A stretch of 64,000 nt of DNA from a virus (IMGVR_UViG_2902146782_000003), one strand, 5' to 3'; positions 1 through 10,438 are shown, counted from the first letter of the stretch. The notes: generated by a model not told the origin, from the sequence alone. A program made the numbers and translations.

Positions 1-10
1 CTTTCATTTT

Positions 11-217
11 GTGAGAAAGATGGTGTTACAAATGGCAAAAGTAAAAGACACAGGGTATAGAATGATTATAGAAAATCATGGTGGAAGATGGATGTTTGTT
101 AATGATGATATTTATAGTTTTATGGAATGTTCAGGTTGTAAAGAGCAGGTTTTAATTAAAGATGTTGAAAAGTATTGTCCTAATTGCGGAGCAAAATTAG
201 AAGGTGTGGGAGATTAA
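11..217 (+). CDS. small Zn-ribbon protein (C-terminal CPNCGAK motif)
   Basis: ORF with paired CxxC-like cysteines; phage early-region context. Confidence 0.35.
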   Translation: MRKMVLQMAKVKDTGYRMIIENHGGRWMFVNDDIYSFMECSGCKEQVLIKDVEKYCPNCGAKLEGVGD

Positions 218-566
218 TATGGAAAAATTAAAGCAAGGTGTGTGAATTTGGAATAACTGTCAATGATTTGTTGTGAGGAGAAATTTTATGTATGATCGTA
301 ACGAAATCAAAGAAATAATTGACGAAATTGTGTTTCTGAAAAAATATACATTATTTGACAAGCAGGAATATGATGAAAAAGCAAAAGTTATAGAAGAATT
401 AAAGTCGGATTTATACAATGCGTTTGGAATAGATGAATAAACAACATATTGATTCATTAGATGACTTTATGTATTGTGAGCAAAAAGAAATATGAAGAAA
501 ATTTTTCATTTATTATGATGAATTTTATGAACGGTAAATTATAAATTTTTGATTGGATGTGAAAAG

Positions 567-899
567 ATGATTAGAGTAACAGGAGAAAAACAGAAATCTG
601 AAATTGCTTATGCAATTCAAAAATATAACAAATCTACTATTTATTCTTATGGTGACTTCTGTCCAAGTTATCTGGATACTTATATGACGTATGATACAGA
701 GTGCGATCCTATAAGTTTCTGTAAGTTTGTGATGGAAAATTTAGAAGAAAAAGTAAGAGATAACGAAGGATTACCTATTCCAATGATTGTGATTTATACA
801 AATTTAGATGATTTGGTTAAGATTACCGTCATTGAAAATTATATAAAAGAAATGGAAAATGAAAAATTAGTCGGAAATGTAGTATTTATGACACGATAA
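567..899 (+). CDS. hypothetical protein
   Basis: ORF; ATG at 567 chosen over upstream TTG. Confidence 0.35.
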   Translation: MIRVTGEKQKSEIAYAIQKYNKSTIYSYGDFCPSYLDTYMTYDTECDPISFCKFVMENLEEKVRDNEGLPIPMIVIYTNLDDLVKITVIENYIKEMENEKLVGNVVFMTR

Positions 900-933
900 A
901 AAAATTGCTTTCATTGTAAAGGATGTAAATAAT

Positions 934-1161
934 ATGACGTATGAAGAAACACAAAAAATCAAACATTTACGAAAAGTGACTTCTGTTATGGTTGAGGAAT
1001 CATCAAATGGAATTGAATGTACTAAAAATAGATTTGGAAACAGAACTATGGATGGCTGTAAAAATGTAACTTTTGAAAAGATTGAGTTATCGAAAATTGA
1101 CAATGATATTCATCATATAAGAAAAGAATATTATGGTAGAAATCTATGGGTAGTGTTATGA
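934..1161 (+). CDS. hypothetical protein
   Basis: ORF only. Confidence 0.3.
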   Translation: MTYEETQKIKHLRKVTSVMVEESSNGIECTKNRFGNRTMDGCKNVTFEKIELSKIDNDIHHIRKEYYGRNLWVVL

Positions 1162-1190
1162 GATTGAATTGCTTTTAAGGAGGTAAAAGT

Positions 1191-1424
1191 ATGAACAAGT
1201 ATTCTTTAAGTATTAAATGGAAATTTAATGAGGAATTTGAATCATGGAACATGATTATTATATCTGACGATAGTAAAGAACATGTTACAGAAGTAATTAA
1301 AAATTATCAGAAAACAAACAATGTGGAGTTTGAATCACCAGTAGACCTTATGGATGCTATTTGTGATGAATACGGATGGCAGTGGGAAGATTTTTATTAT
1401 GATATCGAGATTGTTTCGGATTAA
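1191..1424 (+). CDS. hypothetical protein
   Basis: ORF preceded by AAGGAGG RBS. Confidence 0.45.
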   Translation: MNKYSLSIKWKFNEEFESWNMIIISDDSKEHVTEVIKNYQKTNNVEFESPVDLMDAICDEYGWQWEDFYYDIEIVSD

Positions 1425-1435
1425 GAAAGAATGAG

Positions 1436-1699
1436 GTGTATGTTATGGAACAATTGCTTAAATATGTAGAAGAATTGAATACAAACACTCCGGATGGTCA
1501 AATTGTTGATGCTGACACTATTTTAAAAGATATAATGGACGAGCAGGATTTTGAAATATCTGGTATGGCTCAAGACATATTCAATATTTATCATAAAAGT
1601 AGTGACAAACAAGCGGTAAAAGAAATGTTCTTTGAATTTACTGGTATGGAATTTGATCAGTATTTGATGAAATGTAGCAGAGAAATTACACGGAAATAA
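1436..1699 (+). CDS. hypothetical protein
   Basis: ORF with upstream GAGGTG RBS. Confidence 0.4.
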   Translation: MYVMEQLLKYVEELNTNTPDGQIVDADTILKDIMDEQDFEISGMAQDIFNIYHKSSDKQAVKEMFFEFTGMEFDQYLMKCSREITRK

Positions 1700-1726
1700 G
1701 ATTTTTGATTTATAGAGGGACTAAAA

Positions 1727-1757
1727 AGAGGTAGCTAAGAGCTGCCTCTTTTTATTG
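1727..1757 (+). terminator. rho-independent terminator (10-bp stem AGAGGTAGCT/AGCTGCCTCT, 3-nt loop, then TTTTATTG)
   Basis: hairpin plus T-run read directly from the sequence after the stop at 1699. Confidence 0.55.
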
Positions 1758-1803
1758 CAAAAATATAATACGATAACAATATAATAACATAGGAGCTGAT
1801 GAA

Positions 1804-2466
1804 ATGAAAGCAGTAAGAGAAAAATTTTTAACAGTAGTAGAGGCTGAAAAGGTAACTGGAGTTCATTATACTGTAAATCATTCAGGGAAAATGGAAGGAA
1901 TGCAGAGTTTATCAACTAGCTGCTTGTGTAATGAATATTGCAAGAATCGATCAAGCAATTCTGAACTGGTGTGTTCACATTGTTATGCACAAAGACAAAT
2001 GAAAAGGTATAAAAATTTAAATGCATGCCTGGAGCGAAATACAGAGATTTTAACTAGCAGAATATTAAAGGAAGCAGAGATTCCAATGATCAATGCTTCC
2101 TTTTTTAGATTCGAGAGTTTTGGTGATTTAATTAATGTTACACAAGTTATTAATTACTTTAATATTTGTAAGAGAAACAAGCATGTACACTTTGCTTTAT
2201 GGACAAAAAATCCTTGGATTATCGAAGAAGCGTTAGAGACCAGCGAAAAAAAGCCAAGTAACTTACAGATTATATATAGTAGCCCTTGTATTAATGATCA
2301 AGCAGATCCTGGATATGATTTTATTGATAAGATCTTTACAGTATATGATAAAGATTATATCAACGCGCGCGATGTAAATATTAATTGTGGAGCAAAGAGT
2401 TGCCTTACATGCCATAAATGTTATGTAAAAAGTAAAATAAAATATATCAATGAAAAACTGAAATAA
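1804..2466 (+). CDS. Cys-cluster protein (CLCNEYC ... CSHCY), possible metal/Fe-S binding
   Basis: ORF; cysteine-rich N-terminal half; no confident family. Confidence 0.45.
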   Translation: MKAVREKFLTVVEAEKVTGVHYTVNHSGKMEGMQSLSTSCLCNEYCKNRSSNSELVCSHCYAQRQMKRYKNLNACLERNTEILTSRILKEAEIPMINASFFRFESFGDLINVTQVINYFNICKRNKHVHFALWTKNPWIIEEALETSEKKPSNLQIIYSSPCINDQADPGYDFIDKIFTVYDKDYINARDVNINCGAKSCLTCHKCYVKSKIKYINEKLK

Positions 2467-2521
2467 AATTTAATTATACATGATTAATAAAATATTGAAA
2501 ACGTAAAAGAGGAGTGGTATA

Positions 2522-3094
2522 ATGAAAACAGCAATTGGTTATAAGCTTTTTAGGGTGTCTAAAAAATATCCGGGGAAATTATTTCCTCTGTATGTAAATG
2601 CAAATACGAATATTCCAATTGGAGAATGGATTAGTGCAGAACCAGGAGAAAGATTAGAAAATGGAAAAGTAAAAAGTAAACTTGGGCCATTGAGATATCG
2701 TCCTGGCTTCCATATTAATGATGTAGCTCCGTATGTCTCACATATAGGGCAAAAGGTAAATGGCAAGATTACTTATATGCGGCCGGATACTGTATGGGCT
2801 ATGGTTGAATATTGTATTGATCATGATTACTGTGAAGAAGCAGAAGCAAATGGGATTTCTGAATCTGGAAAATTTAATTATATAAAAGCTGACTTAGATT
2901 ATATTCCAAAACATGGATTTTACCGGTATAAAACGTCTCCTGTAATGACTGGAGAATGGATCATTGCCGGAGAAATGAAAGTAATCAAGATATTAAGCGA
3001 TCAGGAAGTCAAAGAAATTTGTGATTCATGTGGATCAGATTATTTACCTCGAAAAGAAACAATTAATTTATCAGAATTTGGATTTGCAGCATAA
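2522..3094 (+). CDS. hypothetical protein
   Basis: ORF with AGGAG RBS. Confidence 0.45.
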   Translation: MKTAIGYKLFRVSKKYPGKLFPLYVNANTNIPIGEWISAEPGERLENGKVKSKLGPLRYRPGFHINDVAPYVSHIGQKVNGKITYMRPDTVWAMVEYCIDHDYCEEAEANGISESGKFNYIKADLDYIPKHGFYRYKTSPVMTGEWIIAGEMKVIKILSDQEVKEICDSCGSDYLPRKETINLSEFGFAA

Positions 3095-3109
3095 GGAGGA
3101 AGTATTAAA

Positions 3110-3601
3110 ATGTCTAAAAAGAAACGAAGCACTATATCAAATTTTATATGCCCAGAATGTGGTCTTGAGTTCCCTATCCCAAGAAAAATTGGACAACAGA
3201 GAGAAAAGGGGCATATTAAAGATTTGTATTGTCCGATTTGTAATAAAATACAAAAATTTACAGAATATACATATAAGCAGTCTTATAAAACATTAGAAGG
3301 TGAAATAATAGAGGAAAAACCATTAACTGACTTTAAAATAATTATGGAGGATGGTCACTCAAAAGAAGAGACCATATCATATTTAAAAAATGGAGTTCTT
3401 GTTTTTGATAAAGAAGAATTTATTGAGAACTTTAATTCTTACATGATTGAATGGTGTTTTGACAGAAGGCGAATTGAGAAATTGAAGAAGATGATAGATA
3501 CAGGGGTTCCAATTCGTAATTGGGGAATAGTTACTAAAAATGGTAAAACTTATTATATTAGATATACTTGTTTAGAAAGGGGTAAGGTGATTTTAAAATG
3601 A
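3110..3601 (+). CDS. Zn-ribbon protein (CPECG ... CPICN)
   Basis: ORF with two CxxC pairs; AAGGAGG RBS. Confidence 0.45.
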   Translation: MSKKKRSTISNFICPECGLEFPIPRKIGQQREKGHIKDLYCPICNKIQKFTEYTYKQSYKTLEGEIIEEKPLTDFKIIMEDGHSKEETISYLKNGVLVFDKEEFIENFNSYMIEWCFDRRRIEKLKKMIDTGVPIRNWGIVTKNGKTYYIRYTCLERGKVILK

Positions 3602-4431
3602 GGTTAACAAAAGAAGAAGCCAGAGCATATAAGGGATATGCTCTAACTCCTAAGCAACTCATTGAGAAAGCAAAGAAATTTTATGATGATTTAACACCCG
3701 AAGAAAGAGATGAGGAATACATTGTCTATGGAAATAATATAAAATTTGAAAAAGTGGAGGTAGAAAGGCTTACTACTGGAGAATTTTATATGCGTTGTGT
3801 TAATGACATTGAAAAAAGATATGAAGAATTTAAAAATAGGGAACGTATTTACAATTCTTCAGCTGTAGCACCATATGATCCAAGATATAAAATGGATGAT
3901 TTTACAGAATCAGAAAAAATGGTAAGTTTTCTATATTATTTAATGGACAATGGATTTTCTTTAGCAATATTATATCCTGAATATCCAATCGAAGTAATAG
4001 AAATGATTTTTTGGAGTATACCGGAAGTAAGAAAGACACCACAAGAAAGAGCAGCATCAAAAATAACAGAAGAATATACTAAGTATATAAAACCAGGAGA
4101 AAAAAATGTCGGAGGAGCAGAACTTGTTAAAAGGAGAGCGAAAGCAAACCCACCACAGACTTCTTTGACTCCAGATGAAATTGCGAGTTTTGATCGTATG
4201 AGCGAAAAATGGCTAGTAAGATGGTGCAACTTTTCTACGAATTGGTTATGGGTAGCGCCATGTTTATTATTATGTATTGTGGTGAACAAAGGACTTATTT
4301 CAGCAATTGGATTACTTTTGTTTATGGGAATTGGAGAGTGGTATTCATGGAAAGTCAAGGAATATTGTAGTGTGATATTGCCATGGTATCAACAAGCTGG
4401 AATTATGTTAGAGAGGAGAATGAAGTTATGA
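3598..4431 (+). CDS. hypothetical protein with C-terminal transmembrane helices
   Basis: ORF; hydrophobic C-terminus (WLWVAPCLLLCIVV ... AIGLLLFMGIG). Confidence 0.45.
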   Translation: MRLTKEEARAYKGYALTPKQLIEKAKKFYDDLTPEERDEEYIVYGNNIKFEKVEVERLTTGEFYMRCVNDIEKRYEEFKNRERIYNSSAVAPYDPRYKMDDFTESEKMVSFLYYLMDNGFSLAILYPEYPIEVIEMIFWSIPEVRKTPQERAASKITEEYTKYIKPGEKNVGGAELVKRRAKANPPQTSLTPDEIASFDRMSEKWLVRWCNFSTNWLWVAPCLLLCIVVNKGLISAIGLLLFMGIGEWYSWKVKEYCSVILPWYQQAGIMLERRMKL

Positions 4432-5411
4432 ATGGAAGGTTGGAGCATGAATTAAAATTAAATAAGAATGTTAAGAAAATTCTTAATGATATGCCACAAT
4501 GCGTGAGTGATTTTTATATGAGTATTCAGGCTGTTCGCAGCCCGAATACTTGTTTAAATTATGTCAGAAAACTTCATCATTTCTTAGATTATATAGATGT
4601 AGAAGATATAAGCGAAATTGACGCAGATGATATCGCAAGGTATCTGGAGCATATTAAATACGTAAAAGATGGTAATGGTGAAATTAAAAAGTCGTCTGTG
4701 GCATATACTAAATTGGTATGTTGCACATTAAATAGGTTTTTTGATTTTTTGTATCGGAGAGGAGATATTGAAAGGAATCCGATGGACAATGTAAACCGGC
4801 CTATTAGAAAAGACTCGATTAAAAGAGTGTTTTTATCAATGGATGATTTAAATGGAATATTGGGTGCCGTAAAATATTCTTACATGCCAAAAGAATGGCA
4901 TTCAAGAGATTATGCTATATTATATTTATTTATGGTTACCGGCATGAGAAAAACTGCATTAAGCGAAATTAACTTAAGTGATTTAAATTTTGAGACTCAC
5001 AATTTGACTATTATCGACAAGCGAGATAAAGAACAGGTATATCAATTAAATGATGATTCCATACGTGTATTAAGAGATTGGATCCTTGATCGAGATAAAA
5101 TACTATATAATATGGGGATTAAAGAGGATGCTCTTTTTATATCAAAAAATGGAAAACGTATGGATCCACAAACGATCTATTGTATGGTAGTCAAATATGC
5201 CGAGAAAGGAATTGGTAAACATGTGTCTCCGCATAAGTTAAGAGCTGCTTTTGCTTCATTATATTATAAGGAGACAAAAGATATCGTTGCTACGAAAAAT
5301 GCTGTAGGGCATGCGGATATACAGACAACCAGTATTTATACAGTTGAAGAAAATAACTCAAGAAAGGAAGCAACGGAGTTCATGTCGAAAAATTTATCAT
5401 CAAAAATATAG
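4428..5411 (+). CDS. tyrosine site-specific recombinase/integrase (XerC/D-like)
   Basis: C-terminal HKLRAAFAS ... GHADIQTTSIYT catalytic region (R..HxxR..Y); ATG at 4428 preceded by GAGAGGAG RBS. Confidence 0.85.
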   Translation: MNGRLEHELKLNKNVKKILNDMPQCVSDFYMSIQAVRSPNTCLNYVRKLHHFLDYIDVEDISEIDADDIARYLEHIKYVKDGNGEIKKSSVAYTKLVCCTLNRFFDFLYRRGDIERNPMDNVNRPIRKDSIKRVFLSMDDLNGILGAVKYSYMPKEWHSRDYAILYLFMVTGMRKTALSEINLSDLNFETHNLTIIDKRDKEQVYQLNDDSIRVLRDWILDRDKILYNMGIKEDALFISKNGKRMDPQTIYCMVVKYAEKGIGKHVSPHKLRAAFASLYYKETKDIVATKNAVGHADIQTTSIYTVEENNSRKEATEFMSKNLSSKI

Positions 5412-5458
5412 ACAAAATTAACTTTGCGTGATATAATCTGAGGAAAGAGGTGAGAAAA

Positions 5459-6730
5459 ATGAATGTCGATAGAAGTATTTTAGAAGATTATTTATCCAAA
5501 AAGTTTTTTAATATCTTAATTAATAAGAGTGAAGAACTAGAAATTTACAATTATGCATATGAGAAATATAATTATCCAAAAGGCATTTTTTCAGATTTTC
5601 TATCTAGTAGAAAGAGTATTGAAGAAGCAAATGATTATACACTTTTTGTAATTGCAGATAGTATTTTAAATGCCACTAAGAAAGATTATCGCAAAAAGTT
5701 ATCTGACTTTTTTACAGACAGAGAAATAAGTAAATATAGTGGGATGCGATACGAAGAACCAAATAAAATTGAATTCCCGTTAGTATTCAATATGATTCAG
5801 GTAAGCGATGATCAATGGATAGGATCTTTAAATGTAGATGCATTTTGCGCTCTGCAAGAATCAGGATTAATTAACTATAATCCTGTCACACAACGTGCTA
5901 TGACTAAAGTAACACGAGATAATAATGAGCTATATCGTATTACATTGAATAAGAGTGCAGTAAAAGAAATTACGGCAGATATGTTGGAACATATTTATGT
6001 TCCGGATACAATCACTTTGAATATCCCGAAAGATGATATATACGCAGATTTTCATTATGATGAGCAATCACGTCAGCTTATTATTCATTCTTTAGAGGCA
6101 TTTGATATAAACGATGGATATCATAGATATGTATCAATGTTCCAGGCCAGAAGTAAAAATCCAAATTTTAACTATCCAATGGAGCTGAGAATTACAAACT
6201 TTGACATTGATAAATCTCGCCGTATGATATATCAGTATGACCAGAAAACTAAAATGAGCAAACAGTTAAGCGACACATATAACTCATATGCAGCTCAAAA
6301 TAAAGTGGTCCAGCGTATTAATGAAAGCAGTATGTGTAATTTGCAAGGGAAAATAAAAATAGGTGGACTTATTGATTCAACAACCCTGGCAGAATGTATT
6401 AAGAGATTATATTTCAGTAAAAGGCAAAGTGATTCTCCTGAGCAACGAAAAGAAATCATTAGAGTATCAAAGGAATTTATCGAAGATCTTAATATGCTTA
6501 CAGAAGAAGATGACAAGTATCTTGAAAAAGAATATTCAAAGAAAGAAATTATAATTCTTACGATCTTGTTTCATTATTATGATGGAAAAAATAAAATATC
6601 AATGATAGAGAACTATAAGCGTTTTCTTATTGATGATGCGGAACGTGAGGAAAAAATAATATATGATTTTTCGAGAAACTTTAATAGGATAAGGAAAAGA
6701 TTAATTCCTTTTTTAGAGGAGAGAATGTAA
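5459..6730 (+). CDS. hypothetical protein with ParB/DGQHR-like 'QR' and 'DGYHR' motifs
   Basis: ORF downstream of extended -10 (TGATATAAT); motifs NPVTQRAM and FDINDGYHRY resemble the ParB/DndB/DUF262 nuclease-NTPase fold; no confident family. Confidence 0.5.
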   Translation: MNVDRSILEDYLSKKFFNILINKSEELEIYNYAYEKYNYPKGIFSDFLSSRKSIEEANDYTLFVIADSILNATKKDYRKKLSDFFTDREISKYSGMRYEEPNKIEFPLVFNMIQVSDDQWIGSLNVDAFCALQESGLINYNPVTQRAMTKVTRDNNELYRITLNKSAVKEITADMLEHIYVPDTITLNIPKDDIYADFHYDEQSRQLIIHSLEAFDINDGYHRYVSMFQARSKNPNFNYPMELRITNFDIDKSRRMIYQYDQKTKMSKQLSDTYNSYAAQNKVVQRINESSMCNLQGKIKIGGLIDSTTLAECIKRLYFSKRQSDSPEQRKEIIRVSKEFIEDLNMLTEEDDKYLEKEYSKKEIIILTILFHYYDGKNKISMIENYKRFLIDDAEREEKIIYDFSRNFNRIRKRLIPFLEERM

Positions 6731-7636
6731 ATGTATAACGAAGATAGAAAACAAAGGTTTTACGAATTTAAGTTAAAAACTGTTGCAAGCGTTACTCCTC
6801 TTGTGCCTAGATTTAAGAGAGTTGCGCCGTTTGAACATATGTATCAAAAGGATTTATGTGACTTTAATTTAAATGAGATTACAGAAATGTATAAGTTGTT
6901 CAAATTTACAACATTAGAGTCCATTATTGTAGTAAATAATACTCTTACACAATATACGGACTGGTGTGTTAATGAGAATTTAGTGTTAAATGGACAAAAT
7001 ATCTATGCAACTATCACACCTGATATGCTGGCAGCACTATTAAATAAGACATTGTTAAATCATCAGATTGTATCAAGAGACACGATTTTAACATGGATCG
7101 AAGCATTAAAGAATCCTAGAGATCGATTCATGATTCTGAGCATTTTTGAATATGGCAAGTCTAAAGATTTTGAAGACACGATTAGAGCAAAACTTGATGA
7201 TATCGACGTAGAAAATCATACAATGAAATTGTATTCCGGAAGAGTTGTAAATGTAAGTGAAGCATTAATTTTAACTGCACAAAAGAGTAATATGACAATG
7301 GAATTAACATATCCATATGGAACTAAATCCAAACTCATGGATGATGGAACCATTATAAAAAGATCTCATATTGTAAAAGATGATCCGCATTGTCTTGGAA
7401 GGCAAATGTATAATTCATTAGCAGCAGCATTGAAGTCTATAGATGTATCATATATGACTGCTGAAAAAATTAACATTTCCGGACAAATTCATATGACAAA
7501 TGAATTAATCCGGAAGTATAATTCAAATAAAAACAAGATTTTATATGATGTTGAAACTCGGTCTATGATTGAACACCAATATGGAATTAAGATTAATAGA
7601 CCTTCATATTTTCTTAAAAATATGGTGACTATTTAA
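6731..7636 (+). CDS. hypothetical protein (partner of 5459-6730)
   Basis: ORF starting at the ATG that overlaps the preceding stop (TAAATG). Confidence 0.5.
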   Translation: MYNEDRKQRFYEFKLKTVASVTPLVPRFKRVAPFEHMYQKDLCDFNLNEITEMYKLFKFTTLESIIVVNNTLTQYTDWCVNENLVLNGQNIYATITPDMLAALLNKTLLNHQIVSRDTILTWIEALKNPRDRFMILSIFEYGKSKDFEDTIRAKLDDIDVENHTMKLYSGRVVNVSEALILTAQKSNMTMELTYPYGTKSKLMDDGTIIKRSHIVKDDPHCLGRQMYNSLAAALKSIDVSYMTAEKINISGQIHMTNELIRKYNSNKNKILYDVETRSMIEHQYGIKINRPSYFLKNMVTI

Positions 7637-7652
7637 TATAGTCGCCATGTTT
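7622..7652 (+). terminator. putative terminator hairpin (11-bp stem ATGGTGACTAT/ATAGTCGCCAT)
   Basis: inverted repeat spanning the stop codon of 6731-7636; weak T-tract. Confidence 0.4.
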
Positions 7653-7714
7653 AAATAAAGTAACAAGTTAAATTAACTTTCATTAAAATCAAATTTATTA
7701 CGAGGAACAAAAAA

Positions 7715-8050
7715 ATGGTTAGAGAATTTGTAAAGAATGCAAGTAAAGTAGCTCAGAAAATCGATATTATGTTTGAAAAAGCAGCATATGACAATAAAAC
7801 TGTTGCGGTACATTTCTCTGTAGGAGAAAAAGAATCTGCAATAATATCTCATATGCAGTTGAATCCAGTTAATATTACAGTAAATGATAATATTATTACT
7901 TTTGAAGAGGGAACAGCAGAGCATTATATTGATATTTCTCAGTTTGATTCAGTCAAATGTGATGACGAGTGCGTTAACGATATCGCGGATGCAACAATTG
8001 ATATGATGTGTGATCATTGGTCAGTACATTTTGATATTTTGACGATTTAA
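7715..8050 (+). CDS. hypothetical protein
   Basis: ORF only. Confidence 0.4.
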   Translation: MVREFVKNASKVAQKIDIMFEKAAYDNKTVAVHFSVGEKESAIISHMQLNPVNITVNDNIITFEEGTAEHYIDISQFDSVKCDDECVNDIADATIDMMCDHWSVHFDILTI

Positions 8051-8074
8051 TTATACATAATACAGGAGGAAAAA

Positions 8075-10075
8075 ATGAACAAGATTGAAGAAATGAAAGC
8101 ATTGGTTGAAAAACTTAATCAGTACCGAGATGCTTATTATAATAATGCAGAAAGTATTGTTACGGATCATCAGTATGATGATCTGTGTGATCAGTTGGAA
8201 AAAATGGAAAAAGAAACAGGAGTTATTTTAAGTAATTCTCCAGTCCATAGTGTTGGATATGAAGTAAAAAGTAAATTAGAGAAAATTGAGCATTCACATT
8301 TAATGATGTCTCTTGATAAAACTAAAGATGTGAATATACTTCGAAAATTTATTGGTGATAAAGATTCTTTGCTAATGTGTAAGATGGATGGATTGACAAT
8401 TCTTTTGACGTATGAAGATGGAGAGCTGATCCAGGCTGAAACTCGCGGAAACGGCGTCACAGGAGAAATTATTACTCACAATGCAAAGGCGTTCGAAAAT
8501 ATTCCTATGCATATTAATCAGAAAGGCCACGTTGAAATTGAAGGAGAAGCTATTATTACATATACAGATTTTGAGAAAATTAATAATTTAATTAAACACG
8601 AAGAAGATAGATATAAGAACCCGCGAAATCTTGCTTCAGGATCAGTCAGACAGCTAGATAGTAAGATAGCAGCCAAACGTCATGTTCGTTTTATAGTATG
8701 GAAGGTACCTGCCGGTATGGATGAACTACCTTTAATGTCAGCAAGATTTGAAAAAGCAAGAGAACTTGGATTTGATATTGTACCTTATATTCGTGTATAT
8801 AAAGAAAATCAGAATCTTGAAGAGCTTATTAATCTGTTAAAGGAAAAGGCAGCATACTTATCTTATCCAATTGATGGGCTTGTTGCTGCATATAATGATA
8901 TCGCTTATGGATTATCACTTGGAGTCACAGATAAGTATCCACGTCATTCTCTGGCATACAAGTTCTATGATGATGAATTTGAGACAGTTTTGACTGATAT
9001 TGAATGGACTATGGGTAAATCTGGACAATTAACGCCTACAGCAGTTTTTGAACCGGTCGATATTGATGGAACATCTGTAAGCAGAGCGAGTCTACACAAT
9101 GTGAGTATATTCAAAGGATTTTATCTCCATAAATATGATACCGTATCTGTGTATAAGGCAAACCAGATAATTCCGCAGATTTCTCAAAACATAACAAGAG
9201 GTTATAATACCGGTGAAAAGTTTATAATTCCTAAAATATGTCCAATCTGTGGAGAACCAGTGTCTGTCGTAAAAGAGAACGATTCTGAAGTATTGATGTG
9301 CATGAATGCTGGATGCAAAGGCAAACTTTTGGGTGAGATGAATGCTTTTGTAGGGAAAAAGGCCCATGATATTAATGGATTATCTGAGGCCACATTGCAG
9401 CTATTGATTGATACTGGGCTTGTGACATCACCAATTGATCTGTATTATTTGAAGGATCATTCTACAGAATTGTCCAGATTACCTAGAATGGGAGCAAAGA
9501 AAATTGCGAATATTTTAGATTCTATTGAGTCTAGCAGGAATACTACCATAGAAAAATTTATTGTAGGATTAAATATTCCGTTAATTGGTGGTAGAGCTGC
9601 AAAGGATATTGCTAGATATGAAGAAATAAGAACCAGGGAATTAGGAATGCTATATCCATTTGAAACTTTTATTAAAGATGCTGCTTCTGATTTTAATTTT
9701 ACCTGTATTGAAGGATTAGGGACGGAGCGAAATATTTCTATCCATAGATATTTTAAGGAAAATTATGATTACGTTGTTGCTTTGGCAGAACAGTTCATAT
9801 TTTCGAAACTTAATAATGATAAAATATCTTCTGAAAGCGATTCATTGTCCGGAAAGAAATTCTGTATCACTGGGAAGTTACATATTTTTGCTAACCGGGA
9901 TGAACTTGTGGCGGATATAGAATCAAAAGGAGGGAAAGTTGTGTCCGGAGTTACAAAGGCAACTGATTATCTAATTACCAATGATAAAAACAGTGGATCT
10001 AGTAAAAATAAGAAAGCTTCTGAGTTGAATATTCCTATTATCAGTGAAGAAGAATACAAAAACAAATTAAATTAA
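8075..10075 (+). CDS. ligA: NAD-dependent DNA ligase
   Basis: adenylation motif CKMDG (KxDG), ETRGNG motif, Cys4 Zn-finger (CPICG ... CMNAGC), HhH region, C-terminal BRCT-like domain; 666 aa. Confidence 0.9.
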   Translation: MNKIEEMKALVEKLNQYRDAYYNNAESIVTDHQYDDLCDQLEKMEKETGVILSNSPVHSVGYEVKSKLEKIEHSHLMMSLDKTKDVNILRKFIGDKDSLLMCKMDGLTILLTYEDGELIQAETRGNGVTGEIITHNAKAFENIPMHINQKGHVEIEGEAIITYTDFEKINNLIKHEEDRYKNPRNLASGSVRQLDSKIAAKRHVRFIVWKVPAGMDELPLMSARFEKARELGFDIVPYIRVYKENQNLEELINLLKEKAAYLSYPIDGLVAAYNDIAYGLSLGVTDKYPRHSLAYKFYDDEFETVLTDIEWTMGKSGQLTPTAVFEPVDIDGTSVSRASLHNVSIFKGFYLHKYDTVSVYKANQIIPQISQNITRGYNTGEKFIIPKICPICGEPVSVVKENDSEVLMCMNAGCKGKLLGEMNAFVGKKAHDINGLSEATLQLLIDTGLVTSPIDLYYLKDHSTELSRLPRMGAKKIANILDSIESSRNTTIEKFIVGLNIPLIGGRAAKDIARYEEIRTRELGMLYPFETFIKDAASDFNFTCIEGLGTERNISIHRYFKENYDYVVALAEQFIFSKLNNDKISSESDSLSGKKFCITGKLHIFANRDELVADIESKGGKVVSGVTKATDYLITNDKNSGSSKNKKASELNIPIISEEEYKNKLN

Positions 10076-10084
10076 CTTTTACTA

Positions 10085-10113
10085 TTGACAAATGCAAATA
10101 ATGGTGATATAGT
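10085..10113 (+). promoter_or_regulatory. sigma-70-like promoter (TTGACA-17-TATAGT) just downstream of a conserved AAATTAAATTAACTTT box
   Basis: hexamers and 17-nt spacing read directly; the same architecture recurs at 20323-20351 and 37799-37830. Confidence 0.5.
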
Positions 10114-10161
10114 TGACCTATCAAAACGAATTAGATTAACTCAATCAGAAAGGCATGAACA

Positions 10162-10344
10162 ATGATATGTTACTATTTAAAAGGAAAAAATGGAGAGTAC
10201 ATCGCAAGAGATCCAACAGGAAGAATCAAATTAGTATCTGATCTTGGTGATGCACTCTTGGTTCCTGAAATTGAAAAGAAAAAGATTAAGGCAATTCAAG
10301 CAAATAATATTCCAGACGTATTAAAAAAAATTTGGACCATATGA
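10162..10344 (+). CDS. hypothetical small protein
   Basis: ORF only. Confidence 0.3.
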   Translation: MICYYLKGKNGEYIARDPTGRIKLVSDLGDALLVPEIEKKKIKAIQANNIPDVLKKIWTI

Positions 10345-10438
10345 AATTTGTGAAACCGATTATAATGGAGTTGAAGCAATTACGACAGATGATATAGTTG
10401 GTGAAATTATCGGTAGTATAAATGAATTTTCAAGTAAG

